Shown here one piece after another: positions 47,639 through 57,911 of a DNA stretch of 64,000 bases. A program made the position numbers and the translations under genes. The notes under the pieces are model-generated. The model had not been told where the DNA came from and did no database searches. It was given only the letters and a program-made list of their open reading frames with translations. Numbering within the stretch: position 1 is the first letter of the stretch; each line of letters starts with the position of its first letter. This DNA is from a virus, in IMG/VR virus record IMGVR_UViG_3300008261_000018, positions 1 through 64,000 of that record. The stretch is one strand, 5' to 3'.

Positions 47639-47974
47639 TCAGGACTCGAGACCGTATGCAACGAAGGAAATGTTTCCACTTCCGGAACCAACAAACATCC
47701 GCGCTCCAGTTTCAAGCGTGATGCCTGTGCGCTCGTATGCGCTCTTGGAAGACAGCGAATAGTCGTATTCGATGTAGTACGAATCGGCGATGGCGCCGCT
47801 GCTGGCGGTCACCGATGCAGGGACAACCGCAATTCGCACAGTATCAGCTGCGCTGCCCTGATTGCAGATCGACAGAATCAGCGTGGTTGTTGCTGTTGCC
47901 GTGACAATCGGGGTGCTGGCGTAAGTCGGCGCACCACCGCTTGGCTTGACGGCTCCCTTGACTCCCGAGGCCAT
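47639..47974 (-). CDS. Small virion structural protein
   Basis: ...ICNQ......VRIA...YIEYD......ERTGITL...SF..YG.E. Confidence 0.7.
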   Translation of the reverse strand: MASGVKGAVKPSGGAPTYASTPIVTATATTTLILSICNQGSAADTVRIAVVPASVTASSGAIADSYYIEYDYSLSSKSAYERTGITLETGARMFVGSGSGNISFVAYGLES

Positions 47975-48193
47975 GTGAAATCAGCGATCAATCGGGCAGT
48001 GTGACTGCCACTTCTCTCAAGTATAGAAGCTGCTGACTCTATTCGTTCTCGGTTTCAACCCAACGCCTTAATTCCTCCTTTTCTTCCAAACGCGCCCGAC
48101 CCTGCTTTTGTCCTGAGCCCGATTCCGGCGCACGAACACGACCGGCCGTGCCCGGAGCGCCGGGGCCCTTCTTGGGCGCAGCCTTGCGGAAAA

Positions 48194-48922
48194 TCAAGTG
48201 CAGTTGGCGTAGAAGAACGCCAATTGACGATCCGCAATCGATGTCGTGTACGTACCAGAGACTAGAAGCTGCCAGTTGACGACCTCTCCGGGATCCGCAA
48301 TATTGCCGGCACTGGCCGTGTGATCCGTCAAGCAGAGATACAGATCCAGGTTCGGAGCGACCCCACTGGTTGCCAGGTCGCCCTTGAAGTAGGCGGTGCC
48401 ATTGACATAAGCGCCTCGGCTCTGGCTGCCGGAGGCGTACCGCTGCCAGTAGCTGCTGCTCAGGAAATCGGCAATAAAGCTAGCGCTAGCGGTGTGATTC
48501 ACCAGGCAGCGATAGCTCTGCCCCAGATGCACTACAACATCGTCGACTTTATAGGCCGTCGTCGCGGCCCAGGCGCCCCGCGGGTTGTATGCCTGAGCGA
48601 AGACCTCCCAGTAGCTTGCATTGGGCGGCTCGTTGTTCGTGCTGGCAGCCGTGTTGCGATAGTACGTACCGCCGTGTTTCACCAGGTCGTTCGGCAGATA
48701 CGCCGTTGCCGAACTCCAAGCACCACGCGGATTAAGGCCGCTAACCATTCGCGACCAGTAAGTCGCGTTGGTCGGAGCATTCCCGATGGTCGCTAATGCA
48801 TTGACATAGCAAAAGACGTCACCGCCATAGACGACAACGTCGTTGTATTCGTACTGCGTCGAGGAGACGTACGCGCCGCGGTACTGGAACCGCAGTTTGC
48901 CGAGATCAATAACGGTGCTCAT
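48194..48922 (-). CDS. Tail fibre protein with RGAW...Y...D.V repeats (carbohydrate-binding-like)
   Basis: IDLGKLRF..RG; four repeats RGA(W/Y)....Y..ND.V..GG. Confidence 0.75.
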   Translation of the reverse strand: MSTVIDLGKLRFQYRGAYVSSTQYEYNDVVVYGGDVFCYVNALATIGNAPTNATYWSRMVSGLNPRGAWSSATAYLPNDLVKHGGTYYRNTAASTNNEPPNASYWEVFAQAYNPRGAWAATTAYKVDDVVVHLGQSYRCLVNHTASASFIADFLSSSYWQRYASGSQSRGAYVNGTAYFKGDLATSGVAPNLDLYLCLTDHTASAGNIADPGEVVNWQLLVSGTYTTSIADRQLAFFYANCT

Positions 48923-49185
48923 ACGATCTCAACCTGCAGATGCCCGGGGTACAAAGTCGACCAGCTGAATCGAAGGAGTTTGTCAGACCACACCAGCTGA
49001 GCGTAGTCCTCAGTGTTGATTATAGAGTCGTCTCCTAGCTTCACAAAGCTGCCATCGTCGTGACGCACGACGTCGAGTGCCCCGCTCGCGATGTCGAAAT
49101 CAAACCCATAGGCCACCTTGCCGCTGGGCTCCGGAAATTCCAGGATCCCAGGGGCTATAACCTCTCTGACCAGTTGCACAGACAT
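48919..49185 (-). CDS. Virion-region hypothetical protein
   Basis: Overlap-coupled. Confidence 0.6.
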   Translation of the reverse strand: MSVQLVREVIAPGILEFPEPSGKVAYGFDFDIASGALDVVRHDDGSFVKLGDDSIINTEDYAQLVWSDKLLRFSWSTLYPGHLQVEIV

Positions 49186-49187
49186 GG

Positions 49188-49535
49188 TTAGACGTCCTCA
49201 TACACCGAAACGACAACCGTAAAGCTGGGTGCACCCGTAGAGACTTCGGGGCCATCAGCCTTGACGAGATCATTAGCCAGAAGCACCATCTTCTCTGGAC
49301 CACTTAGCTTCTGCGCCTGACCAGGAGGAACCCGAAGATCCTTGGCGATGTACAGCAGCGTCCCTCCAGAATCGATCCAGACGCTGATCGGTAAATCAAA
49401 CGCCGTCGTATTGACCACGGTCAAGCCAGTAATCACCGACTTCTTCGCGGCCGGCACCGTGTACAGGGTTACCGGTACTGGGCTGGTTACAGAGCTGCCA
49501 ACAGAGGCGGAGGCTCCTCTGGTAAAAAAAGCCAT
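49188..49535 (-). CDS. Virion structural protein
   Basis: LYTVPA.K.SV..GL.V.N...K.VL..ND.VK motif. Confidence 0.7.
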   Translation of the reverse strand: MAFFTRGASASVGSSVTSPVPVTLYTVPAAKKSVITGLTVVNTTAFDLPISVWIDSGGTLLYIAKDLRVPPGQAQKLSGPEKMVLLANDLVKADGPEVSTGAPSFTVVVSVYEDV

Positions 49536-50032
49536 TATCCAAATGCCAGGATGTCAGCGATCGAGAGCTGTGAGCCCATCGGGAGCCAACTGTTGGTTGT
49601 GCCTCCGATATACATGCTAAACGTCCCAGTCAAGGGCCTGTACCACATATCACCCTGCTCGATGCCAACCGTCGGCTGCGTATTGTCGACAAATAATTGC
49701 GTTTGGCATGGCACCCAGGACGTGGTTGCGGCCAAGTAAATCTTGAGATATCCCTCTGTTGTGTCGTACCACAGCAGGCCATTCGTCGCGGGCGACGGCG
49801 CTGTTGCAGAGACTCCGACAGTGGAGCTTCCTGTGCCGCCGACAACCACTACCCAGGTAGTACCGTCGAAGACGCGCAGGCCATTAACCGACGTATTGAA
49901 CCATAGGTCGCCCTCGACAGGAGTCAGTGGCGCCGTTGCCGATCGGATAACATTTGCGGAGTGGATTATTCGGTCGCTTTCTGGCAGCTCCTGGGGGATG
50001 CCATTGACCAGAACAATTGGATAACGCTGCAT
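49535..50032 (-). CDS. Tail fibre-like protein (GDLWF.T repeats)
   Basis: Three AP..P..GD.W repeats. Confidence 0.7.
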   Translation of the reverse strand: MQRYPIVLVNGIPQELPESDRIIHSANVIRSATAPLTPVEGDLWFNTSVNGLRVFDGTTWVVVVGGTGSSTVGVSATAPSPATNGLLWYDTTEGYLKIYLAATTSWVPCQTQLFVDNTQPTVGIEQGDMWYRPLTGTFSMYIGGTTNSWLPMGSQLSIADILAFG

Positions 50033-50595
50033 TAACTCAGAAGCAACGGGGTTTCGGTCTGCACGTCTAGCGACACTGCGGACAAGGCCTGGCCAACTCG
50101 TGTCAAATACACGCCGCCACCAATTGGCGGCGTGGGACTCACGGCTCCGGCGGTTGTTAAGTAGTACTCCTGGCCAGTACTCAGTCCGGTGAAACCATCA
50201 ACACGCCCCCTCGCGATTACCGTCACGCTGGCACCTGCTATCACGCCCTCCCGGCAGAAGCCCAGTACATTTGCTTGCTGGAACGACCCCGTATTGCGTG
50301 CGCGGTAGACGAATCCATCCCCGGCTAGGTACACCGCGTCGCAGGCATTTAGGGCTTCGCCTGCATTCATAGGCAGGCGGACTGACAGGCCAGATCCGCC
50401 GGATCCGCCGCCTAGAGCCCCTTGCAGGTCAATCAGCGCTTGAATGATCCCGGCCGTATTACTTGGGTATGACGTCACGGTTCCTCCAGCGGCCACAATG
50501 CAGGCCGTGATTGCCGCAATAATCCCTGCGGTATTCTCCGCGTATCGACCCTGGAATAAGGGTGTAACAGACGGATTAAGAGGCTCTGTTGTCAC
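50032..50595 (-). CDS. Virion structural protein
   Basis: AGEAL...DAVY...A......V.GF...GL..G..YYL; TAGAAT 25 nt upstream. Confidence 0.7.
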   Translation of the reverse strand: MTTEPLNPSVTPLFQGRYAENTAGIIAAITACIVAAGGTVTSYPSNTAGIIQALIDLQGALGGGSGGSGLSVRLPMNAGEALNACDAVYLAGDGFVYRARNTGSFQQANVLGFCREGVIAGASVTVIARGRVDGFTGLSTGQEYYLTTAGAVSPTPPIGGGVYLTRVGQALSAVSLDVQTETPLLLS

Positions 50596-50634
50596 GGCCG
50601 ATAGCTGCCTCCACCCTGAATTCTAAACAGCGCA

Positions 50635-52053
50635 TCAAGCAACAATTACCGGCGCCCCCGTGCTGCCGGGTTCTACGACCTGAATAAATGGATACGTTGC
50701 CGCTCCGATGATCACGTCTGATTCAAACCGAGCTGTTGAGGCGTTGTAGATCCGCAGCTGCTGCGTACCGCGCTGTAGCCACCAATCGTTCTGCCGGCAC
50801 CAAATCGCCAACGGTTCGGTTCCGTCATTCCACAGCATTGGGCGAGGATCAGACCTGATCGCGTCACGTACGTCGGAGCCTGGAAACAATTCAAGGCCGA
50901 CAACCTCAGCCAGCGACATCGCGTAACGGTCGTAGTTCATCTGCCGCAACGCGAAGTATTCGTTGGCGATCTGCGCGCTATATCGCCCCTCCGACGCCCC
51001 GGCCAACTCGAGGATGTCTCGTTCTTCCTGCGTCGGATAATCCGATGGCTCGTACCACGGAATCCCGCAAGACCAGCGCAGTGCATGCATGTGCTTGCAC
51101 TCACGGCGTTGGTCAATCCGGAACGGCAGGGTCCGCCATTGGCGGTAGTACCCCGCGCCCTGCCTCTCCCATGGCGCCCGCACCGTGCGGTTTGCATTCG
51201 GCAGCGGGAACTCGCGCATCGAGGCGGTCGCACCCGCCTCTTCCGGGTATTCCAGGTTGGCAAGCGCTCCGCCTAGGTGATCCGGGCAGCAGCAGAACAT
51301 CTTGAATGAGGAGCACAAGTGGCGGCCACTCGCCGTGTTCCAACTCAACGGAGCGTTTGGGTCGTATCCCAGAGCCTGCCAGTACACCCTCCCATTACGC
51401 TCAATACGCCCTTGCGGCTTGGATAGATCAAAGACCAACGTCATTGATCCGGGATTTGCCGCGATGAGTGTCAGAGCAATGCTCCCGACAGGGCGAGGAA
51501 TCAAGTCATCCGGATAACTGGGGCCAGAAGCACTGTCCTCGAACTGGTCTCCTATGAACACCGAGAAGATCCCGACCTGAGCAGGCGTCAGGACACCTGT
51601 CACGTCATACGTCAACGTGTGGTTATTCGGATCGGGATCCGATGTATTCAGCGATATCGCAGCAGCAGCAAGCGGTTGCGGAAACATAATGCTCCCGCGG
51701 GTCCTCATCGCCGCATACCAAGCTCTCTCCGGACTGGTGCCGCTAGGGAAGACCGTGACAATGTCCTTCGACGTGCCGTCAACAGCCCCGGTAACGAACC
51801 TGGCCAGGCTGTAAATCTGATAATCCGCCCAGCTTCGCCCGTTACCGAAGTAGTACTCTTGCCCCAGTTTCCAGCGTCTGTAATCAGACTCTCGGTTGTA
51901 TGCCTCGATCACGGACGGGAACGTGACCGAGCCGTATTCGCCCAGTCCGTTGCCTTTCGACGGATAGACACCGTTCGCCGTCTTGCGCATTGGCTTGGAC
52001 ACTGGGCTCAATCCGAAGCCCTGATCCATTCGCGCGCCCAGGCGTTTAGGCAT
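50635..52053 (-). CDS. Virion-region protein with SWIM-like zinc finger
   Basis: CxCPDH...CKHMHAL. Confidence 0.65.
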   Translation of the reverse strand: MPKRLGARMDQGFGLSPVSKPMRKTANGVYPSKGNGLGEYGSVTFPSVIEAYNRESDYRRWKLGQEYYFGNGRSWADYQIYSLARFVTGAVDGTSKDIVTVFPSGTSPERAWYAAMRTRGSIMFPQPLAAAAISLNTSDPDPNNHTLTYDVTGVLTPAQVGIFSVFIGDQFEDSASGPSYPDDLIPRPVGSIALTLIAANPGSMTLVFDLSKPQGRIERNGRVYWQALGYDPNAPLSWNTASGRHLCSSFKMFCCCPDHLGGALANLEYPEEAGATASMREFPLPNANRTVRAPWERQGAGYYRQWRTLPFRIDQRRECKHMHALRWSCGIPWYEPSDYPTQEERDILELAGASEGRYSAQIANEYFALRQMNYDRYAMSLAEVVGLELFPGSDVRDAIRSDPRPMLWNDGTEPLAIWCRQNDWWLQRGTQQLRIYNASTARFESDVIIGAATYPFIQVVEPGSTGAPVIVA

Positions 52054-53312
52054 TACCCGCCAAATCGCCGTGAGTAGTAGTTAGAGGCGGGGCCGCCGCC
52101 GCCGCTCAACCTGCTGGAGCCGCCGTTACCGGAATCTTCCGAGGCGTAGCTCCCGGCGATCATCGAACCACTGCCGCCGCCGCGCCCAGCTCTGCCGCTT
52201 TGGTAGGAAGAGCCGCCGGAGGCGAGACCGTAGCTGCTGAACACACTGCTCCCGCGCCCGGAGCCGCCACTACGGAGCGTTTGCAGTTCGTACTCGTTAG
52301 AACCGCCGCCTGATCCACCCATGGCGAGCAGCTCGTCAAGCTGCTTCTGGTAGCCAGACAGCGTCTCCTCTAACTGCTTTTTGTAACTCTCGTCGACATC
52401 GCTACCTTTGTTTTGGTATTCAGCTAGCCGACTATTGAAGTCTGACTCTAGCTGGCTGTATCGCGTATTGAATTCCTCCGACATCCGACTATTCGCGTCC
52501 TGGAGACCGCCGATCGTTCCCTCCAGATCTCCGATCGTGTCCTCGTAGCCCGAGACTGCATCGTCTAGGCGTCCCTGCCATTCTTCGTCCAGGCCGCCAA
52601 GACGACTCGTCAGCTCATCGAATGACGTCTTCAGTCCCCCGAGCTCTGTATCTTTACCGCTCAGTGAATCGTTCAAGGTCTTGATCTGATCTTTGAGCTT
52701 GTTGATCTTGTCTTTCTGCTTGTCGTTATTGGTCTTGCCGTTGCCACCTATCTTGCTGGGAGTATTCTTCTTGCCCCCAGTCAACACGGATTCTTTATTG
52801 GTCTTGCTCGTACCCGCATTCTTCCCACTGCCCTTGATCTGATCCTTGACCTGTGTGGCCATTTGATCAGCCTTTTTCTGCGCCGCGGGGGTCTTGCCTG
52901 GCTGCTTGCCGGATCCGCTGCCCTTCGATTCCGTGTATTGAGTGGTCCTAGCTACGGCATTGGCAGCAGCCTTGCTCCCTGCTGATTGCCCCTTAGTCGG
53001 GGTGGAATTTACTTTCTGCGGCGATACGCCTGCGACTGGGCGCGTCGCGGTGGCTGCCGCTGGGGTCTTGGCAGGTGCCGCACTCTTATTGGCAGCCTTC
53101 GCCGGAGCCTGGTTAGGCCTCGGAGCTGGAGCTGGGTTGGGCCTCGGAGCTTGAGCTGGGTTGGGCCTCGGAGCTGGGGCGGGATTAGGCCTCGGAGCTG
53201 GAGCCGGAGCCGGTGCTGGACGCGGCGCTGGGGCAGGGTTAGGCCTCGGAGCCGGAGCCGGAGCCGGAGCCGGACGAGGAGCTGGGCTGCCGCCGCCGCC
53301 TTTTTTCGCCAT
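52053..53312 (-). CDS. Low-complexity protein (Pro/Ala repeats, Lys-rich region, coiled coil, Gly/Ser tail)
   Basis: 419 aa ORF. Confidence 0.7.
   Translation of the reverse strand: MAKKGGGGSPAPRPAPAPAPAPRPNPAPAPRPAPAPAPAPRPNPAPAPRPNPAQAPRPNPAPAPRPNQAPAKAANKSAAPAKTPAAATATRPVAGVSPQKVNSTPTKGQSAGSKAAANAVARTTQYTESKGSGSGKQPGKTPAAQKKADQMATQVKDQIKGSGKNAGTSKTNKESVLTGGKKNTPSKIGGNGKTNNDKQKDKINKLKDQIKTLNDSLSGKDTELGGLKTSFDELTSRLGGLDEEWQGRLDDAVSGYEDTIGDLEGTIGGLQDANSRMSEEFNTRYSQLESDFNSRLAEYQNKGSDVDESYKKQLEETLSGYQKQLDELLAMGGSGGGSNEYELQTLRSGGSGRGSSVFSSYGLASGGSSYQSGRAGRGGGSGSMIAGSYASEDSGNGGSSRLSGGGGPASNYYSRRFGG
53110..53287. repeat. Coding tandem repeat (APRPNP/APAP units)
   Basis: Repeated GGCCTCGGAGC and GGAGCC units. 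Confidence 0.7.
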
Positions 53313-53314
53313 GA

Positions 53315-53851
53315 CTAGAAGAAGCCGCCCTGGGCAAACACGTGGACACGCGTCGACGCGCTAGGCGCCGTCAGCACGGCGTTCACGCCGATATAGATCA
53401 GCGCGCCGGAGGGTACATATAGACCTGTGTTTTTCTTGTCGGTTTCCGATGCGAAGGTCGTCGTGGTCGCCGCAGGCCCCGCCAGGTTGGGTACCGGGAC
53501 ACACAGCGGCGGAAGCGAGATATTAGTGCGCTGACCTGCTGAGCTCGAGGCAATTGCCGCGCTGGCAACACAGGCCGTGTTACTCGTATTGATCCCGTTG
53601 GCAGACGTTGCCACGCTCAGGAACACCAACACCGTCGACGCTGTGGTGCTGGCCTCGTTGGCGACGATTGAGATGCTGTCAATGATGCCGCCATCATTAG
53701 ACGAGCAGTCCACCAGCAGCACGCAACCACCACCGTTGACAGTGTTGAAGTTGGTCGCCGTGTTGAGGCAGGCCGCGCCGCCAATCGTTGCGAATGAATG
53801 CAACGGCCGGTCGACCAGCAGTGGCATCTTATTGCTGGACGTCGTTGCCAC
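53315..53851 (-). CDS. Virion structural protein
   Basis: MATTSSNKMPLLVDRPL...AQGGFF; TACAAT 25 nt upstream. Confidence 0.7.
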   Translation of the reverse strand: MATTSSNKMPLLVDRPLHSFATIGGAACLNTATNFNTVNGGGCVLLVDCSSNDGGIIDSISIVANEASTTASTVLVFLSVATSANGINTSNTACVASAAIASSSAGQRTNISLPPLCVPVPNLAGPAATTTTFASETDKKNTGLYVPSGALIYIGVNAVLTAPSASTRVHVFAQGGFF

Positions 53852-53919
53852 TTACGGCCTCTCTAGTCTTCTCAGATTGTATCCAGAAACGAACTGCGGC
53901 GTTCCAAACGCAAGACGCT

Positions 53920-54372
53920 TCAGTTCATTGGTTCATTGCGACGAGGGCCGCCGCCTACTCCAAACCGAGTACCCCGCGCCTTACGCGGGCCCTGAATCGG
54001 ACCATCGCCCGGAGCACTGCCCCAGCCGATATGGCTTTGCACCTCCGCATCGTCCGTCGCACCGCCCCCTTCAGCGAAGGCGCCCCACTGATCAGGCCGC
54101 GTGAATTGCGGCCCCTCCGCGGTTGCATAGCGCTCACCATCGCCATAGGGATTACGGCTATGAACGACATTGCCCTCTGAGATAAACGACTTTGCGTTCT
54201 GCGGATTGTTCGGCACCGTACCGCGAGCGTCCGCAAAGAACTGCTTGGCTTCTTTGTGGCCCTCCTTGTTGAGGTACCACTCGTTAAAGCGTGTACTGCG
54301 CTTGGGTCCTTGCCGATGTTTCCGATCGGCGAGACCTTCTCCCCCCTCGACGGGTTTCTTATCGCTTTTCAT
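53920..54372 (-). CDS. Hypothetical protein
   Basis: 150 aa ORF. Confidence 0.6.
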   Translation of the reverse strand: MKSDKKPVEGGEGLADRKHRQGPKRSTRFNEWYLNKEGHKEAKQFFADARGTVPNNPQNAKSFISEGNVVHSRNPYGDGERYATAEGPQFTRPDQWGAFAEGGGATDDAEVQSHIGWGSAPGDGPIQGPRKARGTRFGVGGGPRRNEPMN

Positions 54373-54383
54373 TGTTTAGAACA

Positions 54384-55511
54384 TCAAAAGAGGGACTTGC
54401 CGTCGTAACCCGCCAGCTCTAACTTCTTCGCGGCAACAAGCTTGTTCCAGTCCATCCATTCGGGTGTCTCAGTGGTATCTGGCAGGTTGTATTTGCCAAA
54501 ATCCATGCCACCCGCATTTGCGCTCAAGACCCCTGGCCATGATGCCGCGGAGCTCTCAGGCTGCATGTTGAATGCACGCTCGCCCGCGCCGGTGCTTTTC
54601 GCCTGTGGCACGATCGCCTGTAGCTCTGCCATCTTGCTGCGATTAACTCCTGCAACAACGCCCGGCTCGTTCCCGATGGTGACACCAGGAGCCACAGGTG
54701 CGCCGTCGTAAAGCGCGTACTTGGCGTTCATCAACGCCTGCTCGCCCACCGTCGGCTTCGCCTGATCAATCGTTGGTGCCGAGGGTTCACCGGCGCCCAT
54801 GGTTGGCTGACCAGCTGGGAACTTCTTCATGTACTCGCGCAGGGCCATGCCCTTGTTCGCCCGTGCCCACTCAGCCATGGCGCCGGTGTAACCCATGCCC
54901 TGGATGATCTCGTCGATCGAGCCTTCGCCAAGGGCCCGCTGCGCGGCGTAGTAGCCAGCCAGGTTGTCGCCCTCGTATTTGTCCTGCAGGGCGAGATCTT
55001 TCATCGCCTTGCCCTGCTCGGTATTCCAGTACTCCTTGGAGGCGTACTGCTGCATCATGCGGCGCTGCTCGGACTCGCGGGCACGCGCAGCAGGATCGCC
55101 GTAAGAGTCAGGACGCTGCAGACCAGGGGCGACAGGCGGCGGCGCCTGATCTTTGGATGGGTCGATGGTCGGCGGGGCGGAACCCTCCCCCATCTGCGCT
55201 TTCCAGATGGCGTTTTGCTTTTCGCCTACGCTGATCGCCTGGTCAGCCTCGGCCTTGAGCCTGGCCTGCTTCGCCAGCTCTTTATCCATCCAGCCCCCGT
55301 AGCCAGGGATCCAGCCCAAGTACTGTTTACCGAGCTGCGCTTGCTGGGCAAGTGCGGACGCGTTCTGACTCAGAATTCTCTGACGCGCTAATTCTGCCTC
55401 GGTCTCTCGCCTGCTGGCGCGTGTCCGTGAAGCCGCTAGCGCGTCATTGTAATTCTTGTGCGCCTTCCCCTGATCATCGACGTATCGACCGTCCGGCAGT
55501 TTGTAGCCCAT
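54384..55511 (-). CDS. Hypothetical virion-region protein
   Basis: 375 aa ORF. Confidence 0.65.
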   Translation of the reverse strand: MGYKLPDGRYVDDQGKAHKNYNDALAASRTRASRRETEAELARQRILSQNASALAQQAQLGKQYLGWIPGYGGWMDKELAKQARLKAEADQAISVGEKQNAIWKAQMGEGSAPPTIDPSKDQAPPPVAPGLQRPDSYGDPAARARESEQRRMMQQYASKEYWNTEQGKAMKDLALQDKYEGDNLAGYYAAQRALGEGSIDEIIQGMGYTGAMAEWARANKGMALREYMKKFPAGQPTMGAGEPSAPTIDQAKPTVGEQALMNAKYALYDGAPVAPGVTIGNEPGVVAGVNRSKMAELQAIVPQAKSTGAGERAFNMQPESSAASWPGVLSANAGGMDFGKYNLPDTTETPEWMDWNKLVAAKKLELAGYDGKSLF

Positions 55512-55514
55512 TGT

Positions 55515-56000
55515 CTACCTCCAGCTGATTGAGCCTGTTGCCTGGGCGATGCGCGTGCCCACGGCGGTGTCTGCTGGCCCCGGGATGGCCATGATGAATT
55601 CAGCGCCGGCACGCTCAAAGGCGTAACGGCGGACCTCGTCGCGGCGATAGTTCGCCACATACAAGGTCTCAGCCAGGCGATCTACCTCCCGCAGGTAGAC
55701 CTCCCGGTAGTCGCGATCAGCCTTCAGCGGATCAGACGAATAGATCGCACGATCCGTATCGCCTGTGATTCGCTCGATCCGACTGGGCTGAGGCTGATCT
55801 TCAACGCGGAAGATCTGCGAGACCTTGTACGCCTTATCGCAGCGATCAAGGTGCTCGAGCACCCGTGCGTAGAAGTAGCTATCAGGCACCCGCGCCATAG
55901 CCTCCTCCAATCTGGCGACATCGCCAGCGGGGAGGTTGGCACCTACGTTGTAGCCCAGGTGAAACCTGCAGCGACTTTTGTCGTAGTTGTTAAGTTCCAG
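55515..56000 (-). CDS. Putative head completion/adaptor protein, predicted CTG start
   Basis: Frame is open from CTG at 56000 (LELNNYDKSRCRFHLGY...); GAGG RBS and TAGAAT hexamer upstream. Confidence 0.65.
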   Translation of the reverse strand: MELNNYDKSRCRFHLGYNVGANLPAGDVARLEEAMARVPDSYFYARVLEHLDRCDKAYKVSQIFRVEDQPQPSRIERITGDTDRAIYSSDPLKADRDYREVYLREVDRLAETLYVANYRRDEVRRYAFERAGAEFIMAIPGPADTAVGTRIAQATGSISWR

Positions 56001-56037
56001 GGAACCTCAACGCGACCTGGGCCTCATTCTAAGAAGC

Positions 56038-56469
56038 TCAGCCGATGTAGATCAGATCTTCTGCAATCACCTCGTCCCAATCCACGCGGCCGATCTTGCG
56101 CAGTTGCTCGAGATTCTTGAATCGCTCGCCGGGCAGAGACAGGCGCAGCTCGACAATCTTCTTGGCGGTTGCGTAGCCAATACCCTTGACGTGCTTGGCG
56201 ATGCCTTCAGCGGTGGCCACGTTGAGGTTCAAGCGGGTATCCGCAGGGATCGCGGATTCGGGCAGCTTGTCCTCATCCTCCTTGGGTTCTGCACTTTGGG
56301 GCTCGATCGACACCCCAGTGCGACCCTTGCCGGGTTCGTACGAGACAAGATCAGCCAGGGCCACATAGCTCACAGAGCCAGTGCTGTTCTTGACCATCGC
56401 CCACTCCTTGTCGTGGTGGCCGATGAATTCAACGATCTGACCGTTCTTGGTGTTCTGGTACAGCGCCAT
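56038..56469 (-). CDS. Helix-hairpin-helix (ComEA-like) DNA-binding protein
   Basis: LNLNVATAE.I...VKGIG...AKKIV..R....GE.F..LEQL. Confidence 0.8.
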   Translation of the reverse strand: MALYQNTKNGQIVEFIGHHDKEWAMVKNSTGSVSYVALADLVSYEPGKGRTGVSIEPQSAEPKEDEDKLPESAIPADTRLNLNVATAEGIAKHVKGIGYATAKKIVELRLSLPGERFKNLEQLRKIGRVDWDEVIAEDLIYIG

Positions 56470-56476
56470 AAGACAC

Positions 56477-56510
56477 AAAAAAGAGGGCGCCTGACTTTGC
56501 AGACGCCCTC
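56477..56510 (-). terminator. Intrinsic terminator after capsid genes
   Basis: GAGGGCG...CGCCCTC followed by T6 on - strand. Confidence 0.7.
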
Positions 56511-56531
56511 ATTGTAGGGATAAACAACCGA

Positions 56532-57170
56532 TCAGGACTCGGTGATGAACGGCAGGTAAGTGCTGTTCACGTCGGGCACCACATCTTCGATGTAGTAGCA
56601 GACTTCAACCACGATCGGAGTACCGCCAGTGGCGGTGGAGGTCAGGGTGGAGCCAGCGGCGGTGCCGGTGCTGTCGGTGACGAACACCTTCAGAGTCTCG
56701 GCGCCGGTCAGAGCCACGGGAGTGATCAGACCTTTGCTGTTAGCGACGGGAGCCACGGTGCCGCCGGAGACGGCCACGGCCGAAGAGGTCGTGGAGACTG
56801 CGGTAGCGGTGATGGTGTCGTCGTTCGCCAGGGCATCGGCCACCTTCAGGCGGTTGGTGTTGGTACCAACCAGGCCAGAGAAGGCGGTGCCCACGCCACG
56901 GTCCTTGCGCACATCGGGCACGCGGATGCCAACGCGGTAGATGTTGGCGCCAGCGGGCACGGTCAGACCGGTGATGTCGGGACGGGGCTTGTCGTCCTGA
57001 CGCAGGTCGGGGCTAGGGATGGTGATATCGAAGCTGGTACCACCAGTTGCACCCACCAGTGCGTAGCCGATCACCTGGTAGTAGGTGCGGCCGGGGAGAG
57101 CCACAACAGGCTGACCCTGGTAGCTGCTCAGTTCGGTAACCCAGTTACCGGGGTAGATCTTCTTCGCCAT
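56532..57170 (-). CDS. Capsid decoration/minor capsid protein
   Basis: Directly after MCP; AGGAGG RBS; Thr/Ala-rich with strong codon bias. Confidence 0.7.
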   Translation of the reverse strand: MAKKIYPGNWVTELSSYQGQPVVALPGRTYYQVIGYALVGATGGTSFDITIPSPDLRQDDKPRPDITGLTVPAGANIYRVGIRVPDVRKDRGVGTAFSGLVGTNTNRLKVADALANDDTITATAVSTTSSAVAVSGGTVAPVANSKGLITPVALTGAETLKVFVTDSTGTAAGSTLTSTATGGTPIVVEVCYYIEDVVPDVNSTYLPFITES

Positions 57171-57186
57171 TGTTCGTTACCTCCTA

Positions 57187-57911
57187 TCAGTACACGAAGC
57201 TGTAGGCGACGGTGATGAAGTCCTTGTTCAGGATCTCAAAACCGGCGAAGAGCGACCAGATCATGATAATAAAACGACTGAAATCGTCGTTGTTATTCAA
57301 CAGGATCTGAGCGTTATTACCACCGATACCCACGCCCACGGCTTGAGGGCCGAAGAACAGCATGGGGGCGGCAGTAGTCACAGCAGAGGTGATCGACGCA
57401 TCAGCGATGGTCACCTGCAGAGACTTCTCGGGGAGGTTGGTCGACTCGAACCAGCGGACACCCTCAAAGAGGAAGCCGGTAGGCATCACGGGCTGACCAG
57501 CCACGAAGCCTGCCTGGCCGTAAGCGGGACCCATGCCATAGAAGAAGTTGGCGTTGGGAGCCTGCTCGGGCTGCAGGGGGTTGACCATACCGTTACCCGC
57601 GTAACGAGCGATCTCACGGAACGCGTCGTTCTGGCGCAGGTGCATCATTGCGGTGGGATCCGCGATGCAACGGTAGTAGCCATCGGCGAAGGTCGGGACA
57701 TTGCGCTTGCGCATGTCCTTGACCACAGCCAGGAGGTCGGTCTTGACGTCGAACTTCGCAGACTGACCGGCGCTGTAGCTCAGATAAGGAGCAGCAGAAC
57801 CTTTGGTCTTGTTCAGGGGGTAGTAGTAACCACCCTGGGTGCTGTCGGCCTTGCCATTGGCTTCGGCTTTGAACAGCTCGTCAGCAAACACGCGGTCTCG
57901 CCAGCGCCTAT
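57187..57911 (-). CDS. Major capsid protein, exon 2
   Basis: Spliced junction reads LLDD-Y-RRWRDRVFADELF; HK97-like P-domain motifs (GFLFEGVRWFESTNLP; FFGPQAVG; DDFSRF...W). Confidence 0.85.
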
